From: Camelus dromedarius
Lineage: Eukaryota
Assembly: GCF_036321535.1 (NCBI RefSeq)
Contig: NC_087436.1
Coordinates: 99,822,001-99,886,000, forward strand
Direction of reading: 5' to 3'
Length of the DNA: 64,000 nucleotides
A program made the position numbers and the translations under genes. This document shows, piece by piece, positions 39,838-54,362 of this stretch (positions within the stretch are counted from its first letter, which is position 1; the number at the start of each line of letters is the position of its first letter). The notes under the pieces are model-generated. The model saw only the letters and a program-made list of their open reading frames with translations. It searched no databases and was not told where the DNA came from.

Positions 39838-40022
39838 GTTTTTGTTTATTTGTTTTGTTTTTTAATTGAAGTATAGTCTTACAATGTGTTAGTTTCTGGT
39901 ATACAGCATAGTGATTCAGTTTATATATATATATTCACTTTTATATTTTTTCAATATAGATTATTATAAGCTATTGAATATAATCCCCTGTGCTATATGG
40001 TATGACCTTGTTGTTTATCTCA
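39838..40022 (-). mobile_element. Short cetartiodactyl-type L1 3' terminus
   Basis: aattgaagtatagtcttacaatgtgttagtttctggtatacagcatagtgattcag...attgaatataatcccctgtgctata. Confidence 0.85.
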
Positions 40023-41479
40023 TCCATTTTTTTATTCATTTGTTCAGCTGAAAATTTTAATTTCCCAATATAAATCTTGAAATTGTATCAAGTAGTGTTA
40101 TAATACTAGATAAATATAAATATATATGCACACACACACACACACATACACTTGTGTAGCAAACTACTTTCACAAAAATTACAGTACAAAATAATAAGTT
40201 CTTTAAAAAATAGAAAAAAGCAAATGTTGTTGGAGGAAAGGGGAAAAGAGATTAACCCTAAATATAGGAGTCAGTTTTATACGATAACAGCATGTTAGGT
40301 GAAGGGGTAGAGATTTGGACTTTAAGCCTCAGGTTTGGAAAGCTATTCTTGGTTCTGCATTAATAGTCTGGTCATCAGCAAAAAGGCACTTAAACTCCAT
40401 GGTATTAACTTTCAAACTTTATGGATGATGGACCTACTTGAGAGCTTGACGAAACTTTCCACAGGAAAAATACATGATTATACATAAATATTCAGGTGAA
40501 GAAATACTACCGTATAAAAACCTGTTTCTTCATCTACAAAATACATATATTGCGTGAGACAATATTAAGATTTCTACATTTAAAAATCATGGATATTTTC
40601 TCACTTACTTTCATTTGCACTAAATTGTTTTCAATGGACTCTGAAAAATTTATTCAATCAATACATTTTGGAACATGCACTACATATCATGGATTAGAAG
40701 CTGGAATAAAGCAATTAGCAACTTACAAAATAGTTTCCCTCATGGATAAGTAAATAATGGTAAATGATGATAAATATTTATCTTTTTTGCAGTGTATTTT
40801 GGAACTTAACTATCAAATTTTCAACATGTCAAGCTCTAAAAAAAGTATACAGTTAAAGAGAATATGGGTAGCATATATTATTTTCAGAAAAAAATAATCA
40901 GAACTTGGCCTAGTATATCAGTCAGGAAAACAAAACACACAGCAGTTAAATTAGCAAAGATTATTTGTTATGGAGGTTGTTTTAATAAATACAAAGAACT
41001 GAAAATCCAAAACAGTAATCCTAAACTAACATAACTGTAAGTAAAAGCAGGAAGCAGCTGCCGTCTTTCCTAATGTGACATTTTTGCCAGTCAGGTCAGT
41101 GAATTCCACATGTATCTTCGAAATATAGTAAAATTTTAGGATATATCTTAGTATTGCTCATTTTGTTTCCACATTTCCAAGTATAGCTATGTAATTTCTA
41201 TATGGATAGTCAAAATATTTAAGTTTAAAATTTGTGTTTGAAAATATACCTTGATTTTGCTCTATTAGGGTGTACCTTTTCCTACTTTGGAAACCAAAAA
41301 TGAATATGTTGGCTCTTCTTTGACTATCTGTCATGCTATCATTGCATATCTTATTCGTGTTACTTTTCTCATGTCTCAGTCTTGTCCTCTATACCTCTCT
41401 CTCCCCTATCATAACCTCTTTAAATGTACTCAAATAGGGTAATAGAACAGGAAATACTCCATGAGAACAAACTAGGAAC

Positions 41480-42177
41480 CATGAAGGAGAAAGGAATCAG
41501 GGAACTAGTCTTTGGGAGGAGATTCAATGATAATTTCTCGCTCTAACATAGGGAACCTGCTCAGTGTCTTCCTAGCAAAATTTTAGATTTTTCCTAGACT
41601 AGCGTCAGCTGTGGAACTCTCATTCTTTCTCTTCGCATGTTGGGATATTTATTGTCATTACCCTATCCTTGTTCCTCTAATACAATTTGTTGGAGTTCAT
41701 AGGTACTCGTATCAAAAAGATACACATTTAAACCTGGAATTACCATGAGATCCTAGTCTTTGAATATGTTTTGATTGGACAGGCTGTTCGTCTCAGTTCG
41801 GGGCAAAATTGAGTATATTATATATCAGACAGAAAAAAATGGTGAAACATTATATGTAAATAAAGAAATTACATCAAATATTCCTGTTCATTTCTGTGGA
41901 AAGATTATAATTCCTTTCTCATTGATATTGAATATTCTTGCACATTTCAGCCAATGGAATATGAGTGAAAGAAACATTTTACTTTTAAGTGGAAGTTTTA
42001 AGAGCCAGCATGTGACTTGCCCATGTTCCCTTTTCTCTCTGCCGCAAGATTGGCAATGATTACTGTCATGAGTTTGGCTATATACAGTGAGAGCAAAATT
42101 GCTCTTTTTGTTGTGGAAAACTAATGAGATTTGGTGTTCATTTATTACTACCACTCACCCATCTTTTCTAGCTGATA
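41480..42177 (+). mobile_element. MLT1 (I/J-like) internal 3' remnant plus LTR
   Basis: gccaatggaatatgagtgaaag...ggaagttttaagagccagcatgtgacttgcc...ctaatgagatttgg; upstream MLT-int-like taccctatccttgttcc. Confidence 0.55.
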
Positions 42178-42179
42178 TA

Positions 42180-42407
42180 TAGTTGATCCTTGAACACTGT
42201 GGGAACTAGTGTCCCACTTACCATACAGTTGAAAATCCATGTATAACTTCATAGTTGGCCCTTCCCCTCCATATATGCAGTGCTGAATCCTCAGATTCAA
42301 CCAACCAAGTATCGTGTCATGTAGTATGGTAGTACCTATTCAGTGAAAAAAATCCACATGTAAGTTGACCTACGCAGTTCAAAGCCATGTTGTTCAAGGG
42401 CCCACCA
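42180..42407 (+). mobile_element. MER8 (Tigger/TcMar MITE)
   Basis: TIRs tagttgatccttgaaca / tgttcaagggcccacca, TA flanks; internal aaaatccatgtataact, gattcaaccaacc, acctacgcagttcaaa. Confidence 0.85.
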
Positions 42408-44105
42408 TAGTTCTCATTATACTTCATATGCACAGTTTTCTTTTGGTGTCAAACCATATATAGGCGAACCATTATCCTTAGCAGACCATTGATCCTATTT
42501 CTGTGGTTTCAAATTTTTGAGTATGTAATATTACTCTTCTTATTTTGGAGAATTAAATACTGTTTACTTTGTCTCATATCTGGTGCAGATAATACTTTTT
42601 CTTTATCATGTCCCTGGATTTTCAAGAAAGATGATTTCCAAGAGGAGAAATGTAGAAGGATGAATCAAATCCATTAATCTAGCATCATTCTTTAATTCAG
42701 GGTCATGATTTAGAGTTTCACTTGTACATTCAAGATTCTTACCTATTAAAAACTAAAACAATGATTCATCATCTATAATTTAGAGATTCAGTTTATTTCT
42801 ATGAAAGAACAACTTAGAAACATTAAACAGTCTGACAAAAAATCCAGGTTTTCACTATTTTTTCCAGTCCTTTGGAAAGTGTCTCATGAACCACTGACTC
42901 AATTTTTCAAAATGAATCATTTTTATCTAATAATTCCAAAGTATTTAACTTTGTTCCCATAGTGAAAAAATAATAGTTTGCATTCATATTTAATTGGTTC
43001 ATAAAATACTTCAGCAAAACAAATTTGATGATGACATGATGGCACTAATATTTAATGCAAACAAAACTGACTTTAGTATGCATATTTTTCAACTAATGGC
43101 AGTAGAATACCAGATACAGGAAAAAGTTATTTATTATTCATAATAATTTATCTTTCATATACATCATTCTGTATCTTTTATGAAGAAAATTTTAAAAATT
43201 AAGTTTTTTTAAGTGATAGGCATGTAAAAGAGCTTTTAAAAATGTGTAAAACTATATATGTTACTATATTAAGAAGCCTTATCTCTGCCTTAAGACCGTA
43301 GCTTACATTTTGCTGTTGTGTTTCTGTATTTGTATCCTATGACTAGTAGGCTATTCTTGCCATCAAAATTTGATCCTAAAATAGAATATAATAATTGATA
43401 CCTTTTATGTGTATGATCAAAGATTTTAATCTCACATCTGAATTTTTAATACAGAAGATTTTTTTAAAGTAAGCATCTTAAACCATCTCTAAACACTTCT
43501 TTATTTGATTTGTTTTACAATAAAAATAAATTACTCCTTTTATTAAGCATTTCAATTTATTTCATATATTCAGTGAGGTATTTCAGAGGATTCTGACATA
43601 ATAAATAAACAAAATATTTAAAAAATAATTATAATAAGGCCTCTTGATTTTGACTAACAATAAAAAGTGTATTGAACAATAAAAATTTTTATGATATTGT
43701 TTAAGGAAGAAAACAGAAGAAAATAAAAATTAGTAGATTTTATATATCAGCTAAAATATTCCTTTTAACATATGGTACTGGGGATTATTTTCACAGTCCA
43801 CAGATCTGTGAGTATGACAGTAAACATATGCTTGAGCTCTAAGCATCTCAAGTAGAAATAGTATTAATTTGAAATAAGTAATTTCCAGCACTGATTGAAA
43901 ATTGTTTTCCTTATCTAATCACAGGCCATCTGTTACTAATATAATTGCACTGTATATTTATAATGATTCTTAGGACTTATATTCAGGCAGAAGGGGAGGG
44001 AAATTGGAAGGATGCTGCTAAACTAACAGAAGAAATAAAGAAAAAGCATACACCAAAAATGTCAAAAATGCACACTGGAAAGGGAAACAAAGATTTCCAT
44101 AAACA

Positions 44106-44247
44106 CTTGAAAAAAATGCATACATCTCCCAATGTTCATAGCAGCATTATTAATCGTTGCCAAGATATGGAAACAAGCTACATGTCCATCAACAGATGAA
44201 TGGATAAAGAAGTTGTAGTGTATATATATATATATATATACACACAC

Positions 44248-44296
<49 letters not shown>

Positions 44297-44682
44297 GGAA
44301 TACTACTCATCCATAAAAAAGAATGAAATCTTCCCATTTGCAGCAACATGAGTGGACTTGGAGGGCATTATGCTAAGTGAAGTAAGTGAGATGGAGAAAC
44401 ATGAATACTGTATGATATCACTGATTTGTGCAATCTGAAAAATATGAAAAACTAGTAATTAATAAAACAAAAAAGAAGCAGACTCACAGATACAGAGAAC
44501 AAACTAGTGGTTACCAATAGAGAGGAGAGAAAGGGAGGGGAAATATAGGGATAAGGGGAAATATAGGGATAAGGGAAAAAGGGTTATTATTGGATTATAT
44601 GAAATCATGTACATGAAACTTTGAAAATTGTAAAGCACTGTAGAATTTAAAGAATCTTTCACTCAATTAAAAAAAGAAGAAA
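44106..44682 (+). mobile_element. 5'-truncated LINE-1 3' end with a 17-bp target-site duplication
   Basis: TSD aaagatttccataaaca (44089-44105) / aaagattttcataaaca (44683-44699); ORF2 C-terminal and 3' UTR homology; A-rich tail. Confidence 0.93.
44221..44294 (+). repeat. Compound (TA)n(CA)n microsatellite within the L1
   Basis: Directly visible. Confidence 0.95.
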
Positions 44683-44789
44683 AAAGATTTTCATAAACAT
44701 ATCTAAATTAATCACTTCTGTTCATTACTATTACCACAAAATCTTTATTTCATACATACAACAAATTCCAATTTATAATTTTCTTTTAA

Positions 44790-44930
44790 TGTGAGTTTAT
44801 TCTTTTGGAATATAAATTCCATGAACATATTGCCTCTGTCTCTGTGTTGTATTTTTGCCACTTAATGGAGTGACTGGTCCACAGTTAATAAACATTTGTC
44901 AAATGGATGGAAGAATACATAAGTGAGTGA
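44790..44930 (+). mobile_element. L2 3' end
   Basis: ggaatataaattccatgaac...aataaacatttgtcaaatggatggaagaat. Confidence 0.55.
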
Positions 44931-46934
44931 GAGGCTGCCTCTACCTGAAGGATGCTGGAAAACTTTCAAGATGGAATTTGAGCTGGATCTAGAGAGTAAA
45001 TAAGAAGTGAGATATTGTAATATGTAAAATACAACTCATTTAACATGAGCTAAGGTATAAGACAAAATATTAATGGCAGAAAGAACAAGACATGGACAAG
45101 GCCAGTGTCTGGGGAGATAATATAATGTTAAGAGAAACAGAGAGGAGCAGAGCTACATAATTTCTTTCTCTCATCTGTTTTGTCAAGTAGGTAATAGAGA
45201 AGAAATTCCAAGTTAAGGTGTTTATAATAAAAATGTAACAGTAATATGAGTTTCAACATAGGTTACCAAAAAAGACTCATTGTGTCTAGATAGAGCATTT
45301 TTTGCTTTGTTTTGGAAGACATAGATGATTATCTACCTGTTTCCTTTCTCTTCTACTTTTTTTTTCCCCACTAACAAATACCTAAAATTTGTTCAGAGCA
45401 GCAAAGTGTAAACTCACAGATAGCAGGAGAGATCTCCAGAGACAAAAAAACAACAAATTATTTAATATACTTGTGTATTTTGATATGAAGGAAAATACTG
45501 CTTTCAGAAAACTCTGACTTTTATGGTTGATGCTATCTGGTAATTTCTAACATCATTATTTAACACTATTATTGTCAACATGAATAGTTAACATTTAAAA
45601 ATATATAACACCATTAATTAGTTTGAAAGCATATAAAGTTCATGATTATTGGGATTCCTAAATAGTTCATACAGAGCATGTTATTTAATACAACTTATTA
45701 TGTATATATTTGCAAGGGAATTATCAAGATGCTGAAGAATAAAGATTTCAGCATCTCATATTCAATATATACCAAACAATTCCCAATTCCCAAATTTTAT
45801 CCCCAACACTCTAATATTAAATTAAAGCCCTATACTCTTACATTCTCTGTAAAGGGCACCAGGGTATCTATCCACTTCAAGTCAGAATCGTGGAATTCAC
45901 TCTTTTTCCTTCTCTCTCTCTCAAAGCACTCATCTATCAAATTCAATCACCAATATTTCTTCACTTTAAGGAAATATATTATTTATTCATCTTTTAATTG
46001 ATTCATTAAATCAATACTTTACCAAATGTTTAGGACTGCATGTAATTGGTTGGCACTGTGCTAGGCCCTAGTGAAAGAATGGTGCTTCTAGAAAGGAATA
46101 AAATAAGCAGCAACAAACATGTGCTATGGTAAGTTTTGTCTTAACAACAGTTTTGCCTCTGAATTTATATTTATGATTTTTAAAATGCTTTTCAATCCTC
46201 CACACCAAGAAAGTGCACATTTTATAATATATGCATTTTACTTTGATGATAAATATAATACATAATTATACACATCTCAAATAATTAAAGATACGTAACT
46301 AGGAAATTGAAAGTAATCAGAAAAAAATTGTGTACCTTAGAAAATTACTAATTGTTACCTTCCTACCAAAAGCCTTCGACTGATTTGAGATTTTGTTATT
46401 TATGATATGGTTGACGTTAATAGAGCCACAAAGAAACATAAACTCATGGTTCACAAGAAAATTGCCTGCCTAGAAAGAGGAAGAAAGATGACTCTCTGAA
46501 GTGCTCTGATCGTATTATATGAGGTAGTCTCATTAGGCACTTCTGTGGCAGCTCTAAAACAGCACAATTAAAGCCAAACAAATCTTAATTTATTTCATAA
46601 AAGTGTATATTCTTGAGAGGCATTCAATTGAAGTCCACAAGAGTAAAGAAAAACTTACAGCTTAAAGATTTTTATTTTTCATATCAGTGTATGATCACTT
46701 ATATCTTGAAAATTTATCCAATATGTATGTTTCATCCTTTTTTCTATTGCAAAGAAAATATTCTGAATCATTTTTTTGTGAAACAAGCAATAAAACTTTA
46801 TATTGCATTAAGTGTAGTAACTTTCAACATCACCTGAGTTTGAAATCAAGATAAATGTAACTGAATTAAATGAATCCAATTTCTTGCCTCTTGTGATAAA
46901 TACCCAAAAGCAATATATTATTTTTTTCCTCCCT

Positions 46935-47352
46935 GTGGAACAGGTTGGGAGATCAAGATTTGCCTCCAGGTGGATTATTGAGAATATTTTAGGAATAACT
47001 TTTGTCCATGAGTGAGGGAAGCAGGATTTGGCAGAAGTAGAAGTTTAACTGTCATACAGTTATAACAAAATCTTTTATCCAGCTCTTTAAGAATCCCTGA
47101 AGCTGGAATGACCCTTCCAAAATGTCTCAAATGAAGTCAAGAGAGACAAGCCTTTATATTCCATGCGGACCGTTAAATGTAGGCTACTTTCAGGAAGGAG
47201 AATAATACTTGGTAAATTATCTCTCTTCAGTTGAGGGCATTGCTTAGAAGGAGGACTCATTAGTGAGCCATCAACAAGTGGTACTCTCAGCAGCAGGATG
47301 ACTGAAAATGTACCCACTAGGGTTCTGGGTGGCACACCACAGTATCCACTCC
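46935..47352 (-). mobile_element. LTR16-family (ERVL) solo LTR
   Basis: gggaagcaggatttggcagaag...gaagctggaatgacccttcc...aagcctttata...ctgggtggcacaccacagtatccact. Confidence 0.7.
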
Positions 47353-49079
47353 AAGATAAATCAGTAAGATGTAAAAGTAACACCTCAGTGTTTACTGATT
47401 GCGATCTATCTCATTAAATTTATTCAACCACATTCATTAAGAGCAAATGTTAAAAAAATATTTATTCAACATGATTGACTTGTAACAAAAATGATATAAT
47501 ATTGTGAAATCTTGGTCGTGAGCCAACCTTTTGCAAGTTTTTTTTTTTTTAGACATTTGGTTAAAGTGCAAACTGCTTTAAAGAATTGTATTGAAGATGA
47601 TTGCAGCCTGTTTATACATTTTTTAATTGCTAAATTTAAACCCAGTTGTTGTTCCTTAACATTACTGTCAAGTGCCCTGGCATCTATCATATGAGCATGC
47701 CCAGTCCTAGAGCTAAGTAGGTTGCCAAGACCATGAGAAAGGCCAGTGGACCCATCACTAAAGTGAGGTAGTTACTCATATCAGCCAAGAGTAGGGAAAG
47801 CCAAATGAGAGAATCCTAGCATTATCCTTAGAGAACACTGAAGATTACTGTTATAGATTAAAGGAAAAAAAAATCAGTTGCTCAAATCCAGGTTAGTAGG
47901 AGCTTGAGATATAAGACAAATCCAATGAGGTAGGGTATTTCAACGTGACAGAAGAGTCTATAGCCCAACTAAATTAAGAATTGTCAAAGTTTGGGAACAC
48001 AAGTGGGCTACACTTCTTTCTGATCTCTCTATATGTGATGCCTTTGTTCTCTTTCACTCAAATTCTAATAATAGTAAAGAGTGAAAGCAAAAAGCTCCCC
48101 CCAAAAAATTGTCAAGGAAACTGAAGAAGATAGACTTGAAGTGACTATGAGTAATTTTCATTATTTCTCATTGATTTTCATTGATTTCTTACCTCCCAGC
48201 ATATGCTGAAGACAAACACATAGGTAGGATTATGGTTTCTGCTATTTGTGAGGGAATTATAAAATCATCTTAAGCTAGCTCTAATATCACAAAAGTGATA
48301 ATGTCTTTCTATTAGATTTTGATTTTTGAGATACCACCTCATTCCCTCTCACATATTTGAAGTAAAATAAGACATTTAGGAGAGAAAATAATCAAATAGA
48401 AAAGCCTCATAATCTGCCTGAAGGCTAGTATAGTGGAAGCGGGGAAGAAACTAGGAAACTACCACTGATATTAACAATACTGAGATATTTTGAAAGAGGC
48501 AGAGTATGAGTCATGACATGTGAAACAAAATCTATTAAATTTTCATCAAGGTATATGTCTTACAACGTGGGTAGACATATCGAGAAACCTAAATGTGGTT
48601 ATTATGTTTAAATGTCACTCTTCAAAGCACAGTCAAATATGCATCAGTGAACTAATATTAATGGAAATTTTCAGGTTACTGCTTTTTGTAGCACTGATGA
48701 CTGATTTCTATGTAAATTAAGGGAAATTATTACAAATGTTTTAGATTTAATAATGTATAACTTTCAGCATAGTTTATAAGCACTTTAATTTGATATACTT
48801 CAATTGAAATACATGTAAAATAGTTGCCCTTCCATTTGTTTCTCTTACAGATAATGCAATAAGATTTCCTCGCAGAGAGTGTATGTATATTTTCAGAATA
48901 ATTTGTATGCATTAATTTAGCACCATATGTTCATCTTCAAAGGAAAGTCATATAGAGACAAAGGTTAGGCTATTGCTAGTGAGTTTATGTTTTCAGCTTT
49001 GTCTTATTTGCTTCCCGGCCCCTATGCTTTATATGATGCTGACTTGGATCCTCAGAGGACTAAAATGTGTCTAGTGAAG

Positions 49080-49412
49080 GCACTCTGTTGTTTTGGCTAA
49101 GATTCTTGGTCTGAGGTTGGGCATTTGACCCAAACTAGTCAAGAGATTCATATCAAGAGTTCTATTAGTTCTAACAGAGGAAAGTCCCCCTGTTACCACT
49201 GGGAATGTTAAACTGGGAGAATATCAACCTGGCACATCTGCGAAGAGAATCTGCCTTTAAAGCCATATTGGAAGCTTCCTGGTGATGTTTGACTAGATGA
49301 GCCTAAAAACTCTCTTCCTTTAGAACTTCCAGGTGCTGAGCTAACACGTTCCTTGTTGGTTTGCATAGGTTATTCACACTTGAAAAACAAGATCAGTCCT
49401 TTATTAATGCTG
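49080..49412 (+). mobile_element. MLT1K-like LTR remnant
   Basis: gggcatttgacccaaactag...gaacttccaggtgctgagctaaca...cacttgaaaaacaaga. Confidence 0.45.
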
Positions 49413-49713
49413 TGATATACGAAGGGCAGTGAGAGAAAATAAGAAACAGATACAATTTTTCACATGGGTATATACGACTTAGGATCCAGTTTTACACAGA
49501 GTAGATGGTGATGGATCCCAGTTATCACATACAGTCTCACACAGGTAATTGAATATTGATTTTACTTTGATTAATCTTTGTTTTCATAGCTCATAGGGCC
49601 TGTTCAGCAAATGATAGTCATACGTTTTGCATTTTCTCTGGAATCTCTTAACATCTTTCAGGTGTAATTTTTTTAATGGTGAAATTATTTTACCTCTAAA
49701 ATTACCAGCAAAA

Positions 49714-49762
49714 TGTGTGTGTGTGTGTGTATATATACATATATATATATATGTATATATAT
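49714..49762 (+). repeat. (TG)n(TA)n microsatellite
   Basis: Directly visible. Confidence 0.9.
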
Positions 49763-50119
49763 ATTACTGTGTGCTTAGAAAAAATGGTAATTAATACTGA
49801 AAATATGTAGAAAACAACACTATATTTAATAACATGCTGTAAAAGTAGTAAGATATTAAAAATTCTGAATATTTTAACTTTTGAATTTTTAACATTGTTT
49901 AAACATTTTATATATTCCATTCTGGTATATGTTATATATATACTTAGAAAAATGGTCAGAGGTATCTGCTTTATTCAAAGGGATATATAAAAAGGTAAAT
50001 TAAAATGTTTTACTATTAATGTTTCTGTTCAACACAGGAAAATAATTTTCATCTTTGAATTCTAAAAAAATAATTCAGGGAAAAATATAATTTTTCTAGC
50101 GTAACTTTTCTAATTGTTT

Positions 50120-50940
50120 GGAGTATACCTTGCAAAACTATTTCAGGCAGTGCTTTCATATATATGAATATATCTTTATTTAATTTTTATACAATAATTA
50201 TATATTTTTGGCTGCCTATTAAAATGTACACTTTAAATTATTTTTCCTCATGATTACTGTTGTATTGTCTTCTAATATTGCATCCAGTGTTGTTAATAAT
50301 ATATATAGGTAGATACTAACATGTATATGTAACTTTTACTATTGTCTCTTTGTAGACTAACTATAATTCTCCACCTTTGAAGTTTTATGGAATTTTCTCT
50401 TTTCCTAAATGTACAAACCTATCAAGAAAGTATCTAGGAGTCTAGTTTTTCCCTTTTCTGAACCATTCTCATAGCATCTTGAGTATTGAGTTCACACCTT
50501 TCTTTCTTGTCTCTTTTTCTATTAGGCAGTTGAATTCCTGAATTATTTTCTGATTTATAACTTATTTTTCATAAACTCCATACCCATATGATTTTGTGAT
50601 ATACTTTTAGACTACTTCTTAGCTTTATCTTCAGGCTCACTAATGTGTTCCTTAACTGCCTCTATTATATATTCATCCTGTCTATTGACTTATTTCCCCA
50701 TAATCATTTTTTATTTTTATTGTATTTTAATGTATCCAATATACTTTTGAATCACTCTGTTGATATCAGTTATACTTGCTGTAACATCCTCTTCAATTTA
50801 TCTGTTAATTCTATATCCCAGCCCTTTTCTATTTTCAATCTTTTATAATGATGGCTTTCTTCCAATATCTGGTAATTCTTAGTTATATGCTTACTTTGTA
50901 ATTGAGTTTCCCTGGTTAATGTTTCTATTGAATCTGCATA
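50120..50940 (-). mobile_element. Very old L1ME/HAL1-like ORF1 remnant
   Basis: T-rich antisense-L1 pattern, e.g. ttgtattgtcttctaatattgcatccagtgttg. Confidence 0.4.
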
Positions 50941-51559
50941 GTCAGTCTGACGTAGTGCAGGATCCACATAACCACTAACTGATTGCTATTTAAATGGGGG
51001 AGAGTCATGACATGTAACTGAATGGGGTACTTCTGCCTATGTATGGACATTGCCAGTAGCTCAACAATTTTTGAAGCTCTAGCCCAAAGTGCCGTATCTT
51101 CTGTTCTGATTGGAAGAAAACTCCTCTTCCATCCCATTTCTGCTGCCTATCTCAAGGGAAACGTGCAGAAGGATATGCATAAATCAGCCACTCTAAGCTT
51201 CTCCTGATGTGATAACCCTGCAGTTACCACGTGATTATACACTATGTAGCAGAAATGTACAAACATTTGTAGAAGTAAAAAATGTCATGTAAGTTATTAG
51301 GATTAGAGTTTCACAAAAGAGAAAGGTTACTACTGCCAACATTTTTGAGAAATCATCAAAAAATAGAGGCTTAGAAACCACACCCTGGATTTTTAATCTG
51401 GAGATCCATAGTGACTTCTTCCATTAAGTGATGTGATGGGAGTAGTTCATGAAGATAATAGTAAAGATTACTGAGGATGTCAAGTGAGCAAGGGTGCATG
51501 TTGTTTTCAAGAGACTGACTGAATGAGAAAGAGTGACTTAAGTATAGAGCTAGAGAGTA

Positions 51560-52699
51560 TAGTGGATATTGTTTGTACCTTATCTAGTATCTATTTTCAC
51601 CTTCTTCTAACAAAGCCCTGATTTTGTTTAAAGCTGCTGTGATATAAAAAATTTTAAGAATGACCTCACACGCTCAAACTTGCATAATTTCTTTTCCTGT
51701 CAATGTGGATGGAACCTGTAAATATGATGAGCCATCCCTCCCTTGATTAATTATGTTATATGGAGTAGTCACCCTTCAAACAGAGAGATTATCCATATGG
51801 GCCTAAAGAAATCACATGAGCCATATAATAGTGGAGAATAATCTCCAGCTGATAGAAGTAAAATAAGTCAGGAATTCCAAGTGTGTGGAGGACTTGCTGG
51901 TCCATTGCTGGTTTTAAGATAGAGGGAGACTTATGAGAAGAAATGTGTGTTGCCCTATGGAACTGAGAGATGTTACCAGTGGACAGCCAGAAAGGAACTG
52001 GAGACCCAGACCTGCAATTGCAAGGAACTGGATTCTGCCAACAACTTAAATGAGCCTGGCAGCCATTCTTCCATAGAATCTCTAGATATGAGCCCAACCT
52101 GGGTGATACATTAAGGTGGCCTTGTGATCCTCTAAATAGAGAACTCAGAATTCTGACACATAGAACTATGAGCTAATAAATGGGTATTGTTTTAAGTCAC
52201 TACAGTTATGGTAACCTGTTATGCAGCATTGTAAACTAATGTATCAGTAATGTTCCCAGCTAAAATTTCTATCCTTCCCTGAATTTTTTTTTAAAGGTGG
52301 TTTTATTTATTTATTTATAATATTCTGATTATTTTTTGATATGTAAGTAGACATCTTCCTCAGAGTTCTGGAAATGTTTCTGCTTCATTACTTTTTTCTT
52401 GTTTTTTTATCCTTGACACAAAAAGGGACAAACCAGTTGTATGCAAGCCATCTTGTAACCATGAGGCAACAAACTTGAGAATAAAATCCAACATAATAGA
52501 GATAATGGAATTTTTAAAAAATATTAAAAACTGGACAGCTGATAGATAAATGAGACATGATATTTCATGTTTCATGAAACAAGATTGGAATGACTATTTC
52601 TAGTCTCCTGATCATGTGAGAAAACCTATACTTCTGTGTTTAAGCTACTGGCAGTTGATATGTCAATGACTGGTATCAAACATAACCATCACTAATATA
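51560..52699 (+). mobile_element. MLT1J-like LTR, interrupted by an MLT1E-like LTR
   Basis: 5' part cttcttctaacaaagccctgattttgttt; 3' part gccatcttgtaaccatgagg...gtttaagctactg...actaatata. Confidence 0.65.
51638..52243 (+). mobile_element. MLT1E-like MaLR LTR (nested)
   Basis: aatgtggatggaacctgtaaatatgatgag...gcaaggaactggattctgccaacaac...agaactatgagctaataaatgggtattgttttaag...aaactaatgta. Confidence 0.85.
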
Positions 52700-53414
52700 A
52701 GGATAAAGGGGCATTTTAAAATTCATATGACCGTATGCCAAGAGAATGGGTCTGGAGAGGTTAATATAAAAAGGGGAATATGTAAGAGAATGCATTGAGT
52801 TAAATTAAAACCAGAGAAGGGAAGGTCCATGCCCTGAGACTGAACAAAAAGGTTATAACTGTTTTCAGTTATGCCAGTAGATAGGGGATAGAGGTGGAGG
52901 TGAGAAGTGGGTGCCTAATCACTGCAATTATCAAATTAGGCAGGGGGTGAGGCATTATGCTGAAAGTGATAAAGATTTGAATTTGAGGAGCTAGTAGAAT
53001 TTTTCAATCATTACTAAATAAAATATGAAACAAGGATATTTAAGGAAAAGTTTAAAGCTTTAAGTGGCTTTAGGTTTATGAATGTCTGAGGATTTTTTTT
53101 TTTTTTTTTTTAGTATCAGTAACCTATAGTGGGTTTTTTGTTTGTTTGCCAGCAATACTATGTAGTCAAAAAATGGAAGAAAAGCCTGAGAATTGGAAGA
53201 TTGGTCCACTATTGAGATTTTTCTGGAAAAACTCTGCTGATAGAGGACAAAGACCTGTGTGACCTGAGTGGTGACAGTATAGTGCATCTCTTCCAAGTCC
53301 AGGAGAAATGTATCTAAGGCTAAGGGAAGACGGAGACAATCGAAGAATTTGGTCAATGTTCCTCAGTGTTGTCCACAAACACCTGCATCTGTCTTATAGA
53401 GGGTGATTATGATT

Positions 53415-54362
53415 TTATTTTTAAAGAACTTTATGAAAATATAATTCACATAGTTGTTTCTTTTACTTAGAATGTTGTTATCCACATTCTTCCATGCTGT
53501 GCCATATAACAGTGCTTCATCTTTATTGCTAATATATGATTGTATGGATATATCACACTTATCCATTCATCAGTTGTGGACATTTAGGTTGTTTCCACTT
53601 TTTAACTAGTGTGAACAGCAATTCTATTCACACTATGTACAAGTTTTTGCTTGACATATTTTCATTTCCCTTGGGTATACCCTAGAAGCAGAAACTCTGG
53701 GTCACACGGAAACTCGGTTTGACATTTTGAGGAGTTGCTAAACTATTTTTCAAAGGCTCTATACTATTTCACAGTCCCAACAGCAGAAAGGATTCAACAA
53801 GCATTCTAATTATACCATATTCTCACCAACACTTCTTATTACTGATTTTTTTGTTGTTGTTGTTGTTATAGTCATCCTCCTTGTTTAAAATAGTATCTCA
53901 TAGTGGTTTTGAATTTTATTTCCCTAATGGCTAATGATGTCAAACATATTTTCTTTGGGGAACTATCTACTGAGCAACTTGGCTTACTTTTTATTTGGTT
54001 TATGTTTTTTATTGAATTGTAAGTGTTATTTATATATTATGGATACAATTCTTTATCAAACATACAAATTGCAATATTTCCCCAAATACTGTGGATTGTT
54101 TTTACTTTCTTCATGATAACACTTTTAAGACAATTTTTTTTAAATTTTGATGAAATCCAACTTACATATTTTTTTATTTCATCATTTCTGCTTTTGATAT
54201 CATATCAGAGAAAACATCAAAGATTTTCTCCTATGTTTTTTCTAAAAGTTCTTATAGATTTAACTTTTACATTTAGATTTATGATCCATTTTGAGTTAAT
54301 TTTTCTGTGCTGTAAGGAAAGAATATGACTTCATTCTTTTGCATGTAGATATCCATTTGTTC
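53415..54362 (-). mobile_element. L1MB/ME-type 3' ORF2/UTR fragment
   Basis: tatccattcatcagttgtggacatttaggttgtttccacttt...tttccctaatggctaatgatgt...atgatccattttgagttaatt. Confidence 0.85.
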
